From: a virus
Direction: 5' to 3' (one strand)
IMG/VR virus record: IMGVR_UViG_3300023223_001973
Span: 35,694 to 99,693 of that record
DNA length: 64,000 nt
The number at the start of each line of letters is the position of its first letter. Positions within the stretch are counted from its first letter, which is position 1. This document shows, piece by piece, positions 45,603-55,404 of the stretch. The notes beneath the pieces are model-generated. The model worked only from the letters and a program-made list of their open reading frames with translations. It had not been told where the DNA came from and searched no databases. The translations under genes were made by a program, and so were the position numbers.

Positions 45603-47639
45603 ATGGCTCCTTTAGTAGAGAGTTACCCGGAAACACTTGCGACATTTGATCAAAAGAAAGATGTTACTCCTCCTCCCGTTGGTAAAGAGGATGAGCACGT
45701 CGGTGCTACCGATACTAATATACGTACTGACCCATTGTCTGCTATAGCACGTGCACTGAGGGTTCAGGCTGTCATTACAGCTATTACTGGACCTGCTGAA
45801 GCTATTGATAAAAAGGTTGTTCGGTTTACGGGAGTAATTACGAGTGGGTTGCCTGTAGCGACAGCCGTTCTTACAACAGAATTGGATAGACTCTTTTCCG
45901 TTTCTAGGGAGAGGCTAACCAAGGGCGGGACTTCGACTGGTACTGCTGCTGGTACAGGTTTTTTCGGTAACCAAAGTGGTTTAATTACGGGATCCTTCGC
46001 TGTAGACCAGTTGTATGGGTTGTCGTCTGATGGGAGTCTTGTTTCTTATGTATCAGGAGCCCTTCCACCTATTGCTCGAGGACTTTCTTCTACGACTGCT
46101 TATCTTGACCTTAGTGGTCGTGTTCGTACTGATAATGTCACGGTCAGGTTTAATAATTCTGGACAGCTTGTTGCCATAGGTGGCGGTGAGTATGGGGATG
46201 GTGGAGAATCTAAGGGCACAAACCGTACTCTTGGGCAAAACGATGCCTTTAGCTTTGGGTTAAAAACTAATAACATCGTTCGGGTACATATCCAGAGTGG
46301 TGGTAATGTTGGTGTCGGTCCTGCCTTTACTGCGCCTGACGAACTCTTTCATATATCCCAGGCTGTTGACGATGGTGATGTTGCCTTCCTGATTGAAAAC
46401 TCTCAAGCAAATGCAGATACGAACGAGACGGTTAGCTTAAAGTTTGGATTCGGTGGCGTCAATGATGCTGCACGTATCCGGGTGGTAAAGCAAGCTGATT
46501 TCACTGTTAGTGGTAATGAAACTGCTTCTCTGGAATTCATGATAGCGAATGCTGGAGTTCAAAATACGCAGATGAAGCTGCATGGAGGTAGAGGGCTATT
46601 TATTGGTGAGCCCGGTGCAGCTTTTGAACCGACTGTGCCACAAGCTCCATTTCATGTAGGAGCAGAGATAGATGTAGCGATTAGCGGCAACACAGTTGCC
46701 CTCTTCGGTGCTCAGTCTGGCGTTACTTACCTAACTGTAGCGGGCAATACTGAAACTCGAATTCAGTTTGGAGATACGGTTAATGGGGTGGATAGAGCGC
46801 ACATAAAGTGGCAACGGTCGTCGGGACTTCGGCTGGTAAATCTAGGCCCTGGTGGGACTTCTCAAATCTTCCTGAATGAAAATTCTCTTGGTATTGAGAT
46901 GTCATTCCCGGCGGGCGGTAGTGTACATATAACTGATGGAGGATCAGGAAATGCTCCTGGTGCCGACACAAGGTTGACTGTTGGTTCAAATAGTGGCACT
47001 AATAATATAGTTATAGCTGCGGGAAGTACGCAAGTTGCTGGCCTCCTTTTCAGTACGGCCGGTGACGAGGATAGGGGCAGTATTGAATACGATAATCCAG
47101 ATAACGCTATGTTTATTACTGTGGCTACGGTTGAGGCTATAAGAATAGATTCCAGCCAGAACGTAGGTATAGGAGATTTCAGCTCTAATACAATAGACGA
47201 AGAATTCCATATTGCAAGAGCCGTTGATGATGGCGATGTTGGTTTCCTGATTGAGAATAGTCAGGCTAATGCGGACACGAATGAGACAGTAAGTCTGAAC
47301 TTCGGCTTTGGTGGTGTGAATACGGCAGCTAGAGTCCAGATCGGTAAGGCTGGCATCTTCACGACGTCCGCTACTGAAGAATCCTTTATGAAGTTTGAGG
47401 TTAGTGCGGGGGCTGGTGGGCTTACTGAAGTTCTGCGACTTGAGGGTGAAGAGAGTGGTGTGGGTAAGTTTGCCTTCTTTGCTGCATCCCCTACGGCACT
47501 GCAAACTGGGTTCACTCTCTTTGGAAATCTTACGACTGTACGCACTTTGGATGCAGATGCCACGACGCTTGCAGAAGTAGCTGATGTTCTTGGAACATTG
47601 GTTGAGGATCTTAAGTCTAAGAACCTTATTAGTGCATAG
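45603..47639 (+). CDS. tail fibre protein with internal duplication
   Basis: GNVGVG/NVGIG fibre repeats; duplicated ~50-aa AVDDGDV.FLIENSQANADTNETVSL module. Confidence 0.75.
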   Translation: MAPLVESYPETLATFDQKKDVTPPPVGKEDEHVGATDTNIRTDPLSAIARALRVQAVITAITGPAEAIDKKVVRFTGVITSGLPVATAVLTTELDRLFSVSRERLTKGGTSTGTAAGTGFFGNQSGLITGSFAVDQLYGLSSDGSLVSYVSGALPPIARGLSSTTAYLDLSGRVRTDNVTVRFNNSGQLVAIGGGEYGDGGESKGTNRTLGQNDAFSFGLKTNNIVRVHIQSGGNVGVGPAFTAPDELFHISQAVDDGDVAFLIENSQANADTNETVSLKFGFGGVNDAARIRVVKQADFTVSGNETASLEFMIANAGVQNTQMKLHGGRGLFIGEPGAAFEPTVPQAPFHVGAEIDVAISGNTVALFGAQSGVTYLTVAGNTETRIQFGDTVNGVDRAHIKWQRSSGLRLVNLGPGGTSQIFLNENSLGIEMSFPAGGSVHITDGGSGNAPGADTRLTVGSNSGTNNIVIAAGSTQVAGLLFSTAGDEDRGSIEYDNPDNAMFITVATVEAIRIDSSQNVGIGDFSSNTIDEEFHIARAVDDGDVGFLIENSQANADTNETVSLNFGFGGVNTAARVQIGKAGIFTTSATEESFMKFEVSAGAGGLTEVLRLEGEESGVGKFAFFAASPTALQTGFTLFGNLTTVRTLDADATTLAEVADVLGTLVEDLKSKNLISA

Positions 47640-47648
47640 GAGAATGTA

Positions 47649-47981
47649 ATGGGACTACAGAAGACGAAGAGGTCGAAGCACGGTCATTCTAGCAACTACT
47701 GGAACATCAGTGTAAACAACCAATCTAGAATGGCTGAGAAGGTTGGCGTAGTCACTTTGTGTCTCTACAAGGATCGAGCCGCATACATTGCGGGAGACGA
47801 CATTACAGAGTCGTATGGAATGATCTGTGAAGGTGATGACTGGGATGATAACCTGGCCCCGAGAGTGTTGGAAGCTGTGGGGGTTAATCCGAGGAAGAAG
47901 CTGTATCCGTGGGTTAAGGCTAATGCAACCGCTCAGATCGGATTCAACTTGTCAGATGCGGTGGATATTGACCCTGACTAA
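47649..47981 (+). CDS. hypothetical protein (possible fibre-associated protein)
   Basis: SD GGAG; directly after the fibre gene. Confidence 0.55.
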   Translation: MGLQKTKRSKHGHSSNYWNISVNNQSRMAEKVGVVTLCLYKDRAAYIAGDDITESYGMICEGDDWDDNLAPRVLEAVGVNPRKKLYPWVKANATAQIGFNLSDAVDIDPD

Positions 47982-48013
47982 TATCGTGGAGTTCACTTAA
48001 TAGGGAGGTAGGC

Positions 48014-48553
48014 ATGAGTAAGGAGAAGAAGAAGTCGAAGGGGACGAAGTATAAGCGGTTCTCGTTGGATGAACGTCAGTGTGTGATGTTACTGGCCTTT
48101 CTGAGACAGTGTGAGCATGATGACGCTAAAGACGAGGTTGCTTATGGCATTGTGCAGACCTTGGAGGGCCTGGGGGAGAAGGTAGAGGGGGATGAGGAAG
48201 TTAAGGATGGAGAGTATAGGTATGAAGACGGAGCTGATGTGGTCATATCCGTCGAGGCACATGAGTATCTTCCTACCAGGTGGCGTCAGTGTAAACCTAT
48301 CGGGCTTATGCTTTCGACGTGGATAGGCCTTAAGAAGGCTGTCGCGAATGCCGAGACAGTCTACGACAAAAAGCTGTCGGAGGAGGGCTGGAAACAAGTA
48401 GACGACTTGTGGTTTCCCGGCGACGGTAGTGGTGATTCTGGAGACGATGAGGTCAGTGCTCCTGAGGAAGTGGAAGAGGACTCAGTGGAGGCGCCGGCAG
48501 AAGGTGAAGAGGCGCCGGCAGAAGAACCCGTTCTTGCAGCTGTAGATGATTAG
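48014..48553 (+). CDS. hypothetical protein with acidic tail
   Basis: SD GGGAGG; 179 aa. Confidence 0.6.
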   Translation: MSKEKKKSKGTKYKRFSLDERQCVMLLAFLRQCEHDDAKDEVAYGIVQTLEGLGEKVEGDEEVKDGEYRYEDGADVVISVEAHEYLPTRWRQCKPIGLMLSTWIGLKKAVANAETVYDKKLSEEGWKQVDDLWFPGDGSGDSGDDEVSAPEEVEEDSVEAPAEGEEAPAEEPVLAAVDD

Positions 48554-48586
48554 ACGTTCGGGTCAATGCCAGGATAGGAATTTAAG

Positions 48587-48919
48587 ATGACACTTGTAGA
48601 AGGCGATCGAAGCTTCCGTTCTGAAGGTTCCGGCGCTGGACCTGATGGTGCGCTTACTCGTGACCAGAAGATGACTAATGCCACAAACGGGGTTCGGCGT
48701 GGCTTCATGAACATACATGGCGCAATACACATGTTCCTTAAGGAGATTGAGGAGTCTGTTCGCGATGCCCCAGGTACGCCACAGGAAGTTTATGATGGGC
48801 TAGGAGTGGACGATGCAGCTGAGGCAGCGATTGTCGGTCCGATACTGCGGGATATTATTAACAGGCCGCTCAGTCGGCATTCGACATGGACGGAGGATGC
48901 TACCTGGAACGGTCTCTAA
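48587..48919 (+). CDS. hypothetical protein
   Basis: 110-aa ORF, coupled to the next gene (TAATG). Confidence 0.55.
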   Translation: MTLVEGDRSFRSEGSGAGPDGALTRDQKMTNATNGVRRGFMNIHGAIHMFLKEIEESVRDAPGTPQEVYDGLGVDDAAEAAIVGPILRDIINRPLSRHSTWTEDATWNGL

Positions 48920-49353
48920 TGGCTGAACCGCCCAGGACCTTTGACTCGCTTGATCAAGCGTTGGAGGATGCTAGGAAGGGTGCACGTGACCCTGGCGAGT
49001 TCATATATTTTCAACTCGGTAAATGGACAGGCGTACGTGGTCAGCGCATGTTCGTTTCAAACATTAAGAACAATCGGATTACGTTCGTAGATGAAGGCCA
49101 GGAGTTGACCGTCCGAGAGAAGAGGATTCTCGAAGATAGCAAGGGCAAGCCTCCTAAGTGCCTGCGCCTCCTGTCAAGATCAGCCCGGCTGAAGGATATT
49201 GAGGACAAGAAATCGCAGGACAAGAAAATCAAGGAGAAGGAACGACGGTTACTTCGGGGCGTTGATAAGACGAGTGGTGGCGAACCCCGTGAAATTGTAG
49301 TTAGCTGTACTGCCGCGTGGGGTGGAAGGAAGCGGAAAAGTAAGGGACGATAA
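48919..49353 (+). CDS. basic hypothetical protein
   Basis: TAATG coupling at both ends. Confidence 0.55.
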   Translation: MAEPPRTFDSLDQALEDARKGARDPGEFIYFQLGKWTGVRGQRMFVSNIKNNRITFVDEGQELTVREKRILEDSKGKPPKCLRLLSRSARLKDIEDKKSQDKKIKEKERRLLRGVDKTSGGEPREIVVSCTAAWGGRKRKSKGR

Positions 49354-50684
49354 TGGCTGACAAACTTCCCAGGGCGATTGGTACAGACGATACAGACGGA
49401 AACACTGGTGCCGCTACCATGGAGATTGCGGCGGGGGTGTTGACGGCCAGTGCAGGATTGGAGGACGAGGTCGGCGTGGGCAAGGTTATTACCTGGACTA
49501 CTACAGGGCCGGTGCTCCACATGTCCGTTATTGTTAGCCGGACAAGTGCTACTCAATTTAATGTTGAAGATGTGGCTGGCGGTGCTTCGGATACCGCGAC
49601 TGCTGGGCAGTCGTTTGCTATCTATATTCCCTATCAGTCTCTTGCCTTTGCGAATTCGCAAGCTGAGAATGCTAATATACCGGAGCCTAGTGAGAATGAC
49701 ATCAACCCCAGTAAGGGTATGGTTGCTGCTGACACGCAGGTGGATTTCCCGTGTTATGCGGGCGGCGCCGTTACCACCGACGCGGGCACTGGTGGATGGA
49801 CGGCTGATGCGACTCATTTCCTAGCGTTCTTTACTCCGATACAGTTAACGGAGGTTGGTGTAACGCAGCGTCATAACGGAACGCTTCAGGCGGCGAGCGT
49901 TGCGTTCCGGATTGAAACAACGAACGAATCTGATTCCGCTATTCAGCCACATACAGATTTCTCTCAGTACGTTGGTCTGCAAATTGTGATCAACGAAGAC
50001 ACGAATGAACGAAGCGCGATTGCGACGACCTTTGGTCCCGGTGACGGCATTACGTATTCCCATAACATCCTGAAGGGTGTTTATACTGGCACCGGCTCTG
50101 GTAATGGTATTTTCATCAACCAAGCCCCGGATGCTCTTATATTCAATAATATTATTTACGACTTCTCGCTGGAGGGGGTTAAGTCGCACGGGTCCGGTTC
50201 CGATTTCACGGTTGCCTACAACAACACTGTAATCAACTGCGATGTTGGATTTATAGTTAGCGGCAGCGGGAAGATGTTACTTAAGAATAACATCACACAG
50301 GACTGCGCGAGCGGTTGCTACATAGCGAACTTCAGCGCCGTGTTTGAGATCGGCAGTACTAACAACCTTGCCGATGATAGTACCGCAGATGACGCTGCTG
50401 AGAATATGGTGAACGGCGTTGACGATATAACCTTAACCTTTACCAACAAGGCAGGTGATGACTTCAGCCTGGCAGCTGTTGATACTGATGCCATTGACGG
50501 AGGGGCTGATCTGTCGGCTGATGCGCTTATAGCCATTTCGGATGATGTAATCGGCACGTCAAGACCGCAGGGATCTGCTTTTGATATAGGAGCATTTGAA
50601 CTAATCTCAGGCGCTTCCGGATCTGCTACTAGTAGGAGAAGGTTGAAGTCTTTGGTCCATGGGGCCTTGACAGGAGCAGCGTAG
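49353..50684 (+). CDS. right-handed beta-helix protein (tailspike/adhesin-like)
   Basis: IFNNIIY, YNNTVINC and KNNITQ rungs; C-terminal DFSL...AIDGG...D..G..RPQGSAFDIGAFE. Confidence 0.75.
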   Translation: MADKLPRAIGTDDTDGNTGAATMEIAAGVLTASAGLEDEVGVGKVITWTTTGPVLHMSVIVSRTSATQFNVEDVAGGASDTATAGQSFAIYIPYQSLAFANSQAENANIPEPSENDINPSKGMVAADTQVDFPCYAGGAVTTDAGTGGWTADATHFLAFFTPIQLTEVGVTQRHNGTLQAASVAFRIETTNESDSAIQPHTDFSQYVGLQIVINEDTNERSAIATTFGPGDGITYSHNILKGVYTGTGSGNGIFINQAPDALIFNNIIYDFSLEGVKSHGSGSDFTVAYNNTVINCDVGFIVSGSGKMLLKNNITQDCASGCYIANFSAVFEIGSTNNLADDSTADDAAENMVNGVDDITLTFTNKAGDDFSLAAVDTDAIDGGADLSADALIAISDDVIGTSRPQGSAFDIGAFELISGASGSATSRRRLKSLVHGALTGAA

Positions 50685-53600
50685 ATGTATCTTGGTGATT
50701 ACAAAGAAGATGATAGTCTTTTCTTTGCCTGGAGTACCAACGACAAGGATGGTGCTTCAATCACTCGTGCAACTGATGGAACCATTAGCGTCTATAGGAA
50801 TGCTGCTGATGCCCAGTCTACGGCTGGAATCACGGATGCCGAGGACTTTGATGGTCTCACCGGTATTCATATGTGTACGATTGATCTCAGCTCTGATTCA
50901 TTCTACTCTGTACAAGGCGACTATTCTGTAGTACTCTCTGCGGCCACGATAGATGGCGAGACTGTAAACGCTGTCCTGGCCACCTTCTCCATTGAGAACC
51001 GTATTGCCGGGGGTCGTGGACTTGCCTCTCAGGCTCGGATTGATGCTCTGGGATTTGTTTCAGGTATTGTTGATGATTCCGGGGCCTTAGTTAGTAGCTT
51101 TATCTCTGATCTGACTGAGGTTACAGATGATCACTTTAATGACTTGGTCATTATCTTTACGACTGGTGTTCTCCTTGGTCAGGCTCGTAGGATCTCTGAC
51201 TACAATGGTACTACAAAAGTTATTTCTGTAACACCTGACCTTACGGATGCCCCTGACTTTAATGATACCTTTGTTATAGCTTCTGCTTCCTTCTTGCAGG
51301 TGATTGCTGAGAGTTTGGGTACTCAGGCTAAGGCTGATGTTAATGCCGAAGTTGACACTGCCTTGATTGATCTTGGACTTGACCACCTGCTATCTGCCTC
51401 TGTTGCGGGTGCGGATGTCGCGGATAACTCTATATTCGCTAGAATGGTCTCCTCCGCTGGAACAGCAGATTGGGATACCTTTGTCAACACGACTGACAGT
51501 CTCCAAGCTATTAGGGATCGTGGTGACGCAGCTTGGATAACTGCTGTTCCTCCCACTGCCGCTGCTATAGCTGATGCTGTTTGGGATGAGGCACGAGCGG
51601 GTCATGTGGCAGCAGGTTCCTTCGGCGCAGGTGTTCTTGTTGAGGATGTTAATGCTGCTGGACTGGCCAGCATTAACGCCGAGGTTGACACAGCCTTGGT
51701 TGATATAGGATTGGATCACCTGGTATTTGCCGCAGTTGTAGGTGCTGACATAACAGACAATTCTATTATAGCCCGGATGGTATCATCCGCTGCAACAGCC
51801 GACTGGGATACCTTCGTCAACACCACGGACTCTTTGCAAGCAATACGCGATCGTGGTGATACAGCCTGGACTACAGCCGCCGCTGGTCCCACCGCAGCTG
51901 CTATTGCGGATGCTGTATGGGATGAAGCTCGTGCTGGACATGTGGCTGGAGGCTCCTTCGGTGAGGGGGTTGCATCCGTTCAGGGTAGCGTCACAGGGTC
52001 CGTGGCCTCTGTCACTGGTGCCGTTGGATCTGTGGCAGGTAACGTCGATGGCAATGTGACTGGGTCCGTTGGATCTCTCGCTGCTCAGGCTAAGTTGGAT
52101 GTTAACGCTGAAGTTGATACGGCTCTGTCTGATATTGGATTGGACCATCTGCTTTCCGCAGCAGTTGTTGGAGCCGATGTTACCGATGACTCTGTATTCG
52201 CTCGGTTGGTGTCTTCTGCTGCTACTGCTGATTGGGATACGTTTGTCAATACTACCGATTCTTTACAGGCTATCAGGGACCGCGGCGATGTTGCTTGGAT
52301 CACGGCAGCTGCCGGTCCGACTGCCGCTGCTATCGCTGACGCAGTCTGGGATGAAGCCAAGGCTGACCATACGGGTGCTACGACCTTTGGCGATCTTGGC
52401 AATAAGATTGACCAGGTGCTGTCTACGACTGAGAGTAACATCCGTGGTGCGGATAGTGATGATCTTAAGACCATCTCTGACCAGGTGGATGGTATTCAGA
52501 CTACTGTTGATGGTATCTCGAATGTTACCCGCCTGTCTTGTGCGTTGCCCAAGTTCATGCAGAGACCTCCTGCGGGGAACACTGCGGTTCTCGTTAGGAT
52601 TGCTCTTAAGGATCTTGATGGTAATATGGAGGACCCAGACCTTAATGATCTGGCCCTTAAGGTCTACAACTCTGCCGACGTGTCCCGGAATGCTCAGCTC
52701 TTCAAGGATCAGGCTCTTACCACTGTGCTTGACAACTCGCTATACCCGTCATACAAGAAGACCGAGAGGGTTAGTGTTGGGGTTTATGAGTTCTACTATA
52801 AGGTTGAGTCTGTAGCCACTGAGGAAGAGCTTACCCTTGAGTTTACCTGGGTGGAGCTGTCTACACCCCTTATTGAGTTCAAGAGTACTCAGATCCTGGA
52901 TGCCACGAACGACATTAACGCTATCAAGGCTAAGACCGACTTACTTGACTTCACGGGAGTTGGTGGTCGCTTAGTTGCTGATTCTGAAGCCATCTCGAAT
53001 AGTGTTGCGGCAGCAGACTCCGTTGAAGCTAACATTGGTAATCTGGATGCTGCAATAACCACGAGAGCAACACCTGCACAGGTCAACACTGAAGTTGATA
53101 CTGCTCTTGTTGATATTGGTCTTGACCATCTGCTCTCCACATCGGTAGCAGGGGCTGATGTCACTGATAACTCTATCTTCGCCCGGCTCGCTTCTAAGGC
53201 TGCGACTGCGGATTGGGATACCTTTGTTAATACAGATGATTCTCTTGAAGCTATCCGTGACAGAGGAGATGCGGCGTGGACCTCCGCTGCGGCGGGGCCA
53301 TCTGCTGCTGACATCGCGGATGCTGTCTGGGACGAGTTACGGTCAGGACATGTCATTGCAGGCTCGTTTGGTCAGGGTGTTGCTTCTGTCCAGGGTAGTG
53401 TGACGGGTAGCGTTGCTTCCGTTACGGGCGCGGTGGGTTCTGTGGCCGGTAATGTTGACGGTAATGTGACAGGATCTATAGGTTCGCTTGCCGCACAGGC
53501 TAAGTTGGATGTCAATGCTGAGGTTGATACAGCCTTGGTTGATATTGGCTTAGATCACTTGATCTCGGCTGCGGTCGCTGGTGCTGATGTTACTGATGAC

Positions 53601-54854
53601 TCTATAATCGCTCAGCTTGTATCTAAGGCAGCCACTGCCGACTGGGATACCTTTGTTAATACTACTGATTCTCTTGAGGCTATAAGGGATAGGGGTGACG
53701 TTGCCTGGATTACTGCTGCAGCAGGACCGACAGCCGCAGTAATTGCAGATGCTGTTTGGGACGAGGCAAGAGCAGGCCATGTCGCTGCTGGTTCCTTCGG
53801 AGAAGGTGTTGCTTCAGTTCAGGGTAGTGTGACGGGATCAGTCGCCTCTGTAACGGGTGCTGTTGGATCGGTTACCGGTGCTGTTGGCTCAGTTGCTGGA
53901 AATGTTGATGGTAATGTTACCGGTTCAATCGGTAGCCTTGCTGCGCAGGCTAAACTTGATGTTAATGCTGAAGTTGATACAGCCCTAACCGACATTGGTC
54001 TGGATCATCTGTTGTCAGCTGCCGTGGTTGGTGCCGATGTTACCGATAACTCCATCTTCGCACGGTTAGCATCCAGCGCCGCGACCGCTGACTGGGATAC
54101 CTTCGTCAATACGACCGAGTCCTTGCAGGCTATTCGAGATAGAGGGGATGTAGCCTGGATAACTGCCATTCCACCAACTGTTGGGGCGATTGCAGATGCC
54201 GTCTGGGATGAGGTTCTTGCTGGGCATTTGACAGCTGGAACCACTGGTAAGGCGCTTGATGATGCTAAGGATGCGGCTGATGCTGCAACCATTGCTGATG
54301 CTGTCTGGGATGAGGCCATGTCAGGGCACACGACTCTGGGCACCTTTGGTCAGTCCTTACAGAAGATCAGTTTTGGTACTGCTCAGGCTGGTGCGATCGG
54401 GTCGATTACTCTGGCTGCTTCATCAAGTGCCTTAGATGACTTCTTCAATAATGGTCTTATATGTATCACTGCTGGTGTGGGTGTTGGTCAGGCACGCAGG
54501 ATACTAGACTATGATGGCACTACTAAGGTGGTCACTGTTGCTAACAACTGGGTGACTGCTCCTGATGATACTACTGAGTATCTGATTATACCTCAGGCTG
54601 AGGTACAGGCAGATGTTACTCAGACTGACATTGATAACATTGTGGCCGCTGTCTTCTCCGAGACTGGGATAACTTCTTCTGGCACCAGGACCTTCCGTCA
54701 GTTAGTTAACATCCTGTTCGCCATTGCCTCTGGACGTTGGTTGCGTCGAAGTGCAACCTCTAATCTGTATGATATCTTTGATGAAGATGGTTCGACATTG
54801 CTCTTGACACTACAGCAGCTCTCTGCAACTGAGTATAGGACAATCTTCCCATGA
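50685..54854 (+). CDS. large repeat-built virion fibre/adhesin protein
   Basis: Six ~100-aa repeats (VN.EVDTAL.D.GLDHL...DWDTFVNT..SL.AIRDRGD..W...IADAVWDE) plus GSV-rich repeats. Confidence 0.75.
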   Translation: MYLGDYKEDDSLFFAWSTNDKDGASITRATDGTISVYRNAADAQSTAGITDAEDFDGLTGIHMCTIDLSSDSFYSVQGDYSVVLSAATIDGETVNAVLATFSIENRIAGGRGLASQARIDALGFVSGIVDDSGALVSSFISDLTEVTDDHFNDLVIIFTTGVLLGQARRISDYNGTTKVISVTPDLTDAPDFNDTFVIASASFLQVIAESLGTQAKADVNAEVDTALIDLGLDHLLSASVAGADVADNSIFARMVSSAGTADWDTFVNTTDSLQAIRDRGDAAWITAVPPTAAAIADAVWDEARAGHVAAGSFGAGVLVEDVNAAGLASINAEVDTALVDIGLDHLVFAAVVGADITDNSIIARMVSSAATADWDTFVNTTDSLQAIRDRGDTAWTTAAAGPTAAAIADAVWDEARAGHVAGGSFGEGVASVQGSVTGSVASVTGAVGSVAGNVDGNVTGSVGSLAAQAKLDVNAEVDTALSDIGLDHLLSAAVVGADVTDDSVFARLVSSAATADWDTFVNTTDSLQAIRDRGDVAWITAAAGPTAAAIADAVWDEAKADHTGATTFGDLGNKIDQVLSTTESNIRGADSDDLKTISDQVDGIQTTVDGISNVTRLSCALPKFMQRPPAGNTAVLVRIALKDLDGNMEDPDLNDLALKVYNSADVSRNAQLFKDQALTTVLDNSLYPSYKKTERVSVGVYEFYYKVESVATEEELTLEFTWVELSTPLIEFKSTQILDATNDINAIKAKTDLLDFTGVGGRLVADSEAISNSVAAADSVEANIGNLDAAITTRATPAQVNTEVDTALVDIGLDHLLSTSVAGADVTDNSIFARLASKAATADWDTFVNTDDSLEAIRDRGDAAWTSAAAGPSAADIADAVWDELRSGHVIAGSFGQGVASVQGSVTGSVASVTGAVGSVAGNVDGNVTGSIGSLAAQAKLDVNAEVDTALVDIGLDHLISAAVAGADVTDDSIIAQLVSKAATADWDTFVNTTDSLEAIRDRGDVAWITAAAGPTAAVIADAVWDEARAGHVAAGSFGEGVASVQGSVTGSVASVTGAVGSVTGAVGSVAGNVDGNVTGSIGSLAAQAKLDVNAEVDTALTDIGLDHLLSAAVVGADVTDNSIFARLASSAATADWDTFVNTTESLQAIRDRGDVAWITAIPPTVGAIADAVWDEVLAGHLTAGTTGKALDDAKDAADAATIADAVWDEAMSGHTTLGTFGQSLQKISFGTAQAGAIGSITLAASSSALDDFFNNGLICITAGVGVGQARRILDYDGTTKVVTVANNWVTAPDDTTEYLIIPQAEVQADVTQTDIDNIVAAVFSETGITSSGTRTFRQLVNILFAIASGRWLRRSATSNLYDIFDEDGSTLLLTLQQLSATEYRTIFP
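51315..54350 (+). repeat. intragenic tandem repeats (six long units)
   Basis: TGGGATAC core (WDT) at about 51471, 51804, 52233, 53214, 53643 and 54093; synonymous divergence between copies. Confidence 0.9.
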
Positions 54855-55051
54855 CTCTGCTGAATAGGTTGAGGACCTTTGGTAGGTGGCCTCAGACAGG
54901 AGATAGGCTTGTACGGTTGAGGACCTTTGGTAGGTTTCCTCTCTCTGCTTCTCAAGAGATCTTTATTCGAGTTAAGGGTCTAGCCATGTCTGTAAGGGTA
55001 AAGGTGCAGAAGTTGTTAATACGTGTTAAAGGAAGGCGTATAAGGTCTTAG
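54851..55051 (+). CDS. small very basic protein with RLRTFGR and IRVK repeats
   Basis: ATGA overlap with the upstream gene; fills the gap. Confidence 0.55.
   Translation: MTLLNRLRTFGRWPQTGDRLVRLRTFGRFPLSASQEIFIRVKGLAMSVRVKVQKLLIRVKGRRIRS
54867..54935 (+). repeat. exact 21-bp direct repeat GGTTGAGGACCTTTGGTAGGT
   Basis: Copies at 54867-54887 and 54915-54935. Confidence 0.9.
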
Positions 55052-55059
55052 GAGTAGTT

Positions 55060-55395
55060 GTGATAGACATACATCTTAAGTCAGGTGAAGCTTTCCCGAT
55101 TGAGTTTACCTTTGTGGACTCTGAAGGTGATCTTGTGGATGTTACTGAAGGTGCCTTCACCTTTACGATTAAAGAGGATGAGTTCGCTACTATCAATGAG
55201 GTTGAGATTGTTGATTCGGACCCTGCCTGGAATAAGGTTGATGTAGCAGACGGTAAGGTCATTCTTAGCCTTAGTAGTGCAAACCTGACACTGCCCCGTG
55301 GTAAACATAATGGAGAATGTAAGGTTGTTTTGGGAGTTAACGTGTTGAAATCAGAGTCAATCCGCTTCTGGGTTGGCACAGCGCTTTCAGCGTAG
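55060..55395 (+). CDS. BppU-N-like Ig-fold adaptor protein
   Basis: IHLKSGE...GDLVDV...DGKVIL...KSESIRF; paralog of 45194..45580. Confidence 0.55.
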   Translation: MIDIHLKSGEAFPIEFTFVDSEGDLVDVTEGAFTFTIKEDEFATINEVEIVDSDPAWNKVDVADGKVILSLSSANLTLPRGKHNGECKVVLGVNVLKSESIRFWVGTALSA

Positions 55396-55404
55396 GAGAA
55401 GGTT

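Noticed and set aside
46338-47340. Possible diversity-generating retroelement template/variable repeat pair
   Set aside because: Both copies are inside one ORF, differences are not adenine-specific, and no reverse transcriptase is present in the window.
51315-54350. Regularly recurring DNA repeats resembling a CRISPR array
   Set aside because: Repeats are in-frame coding units hundreds of bp long with synonymous variation, not constant repeats with unique spacers.
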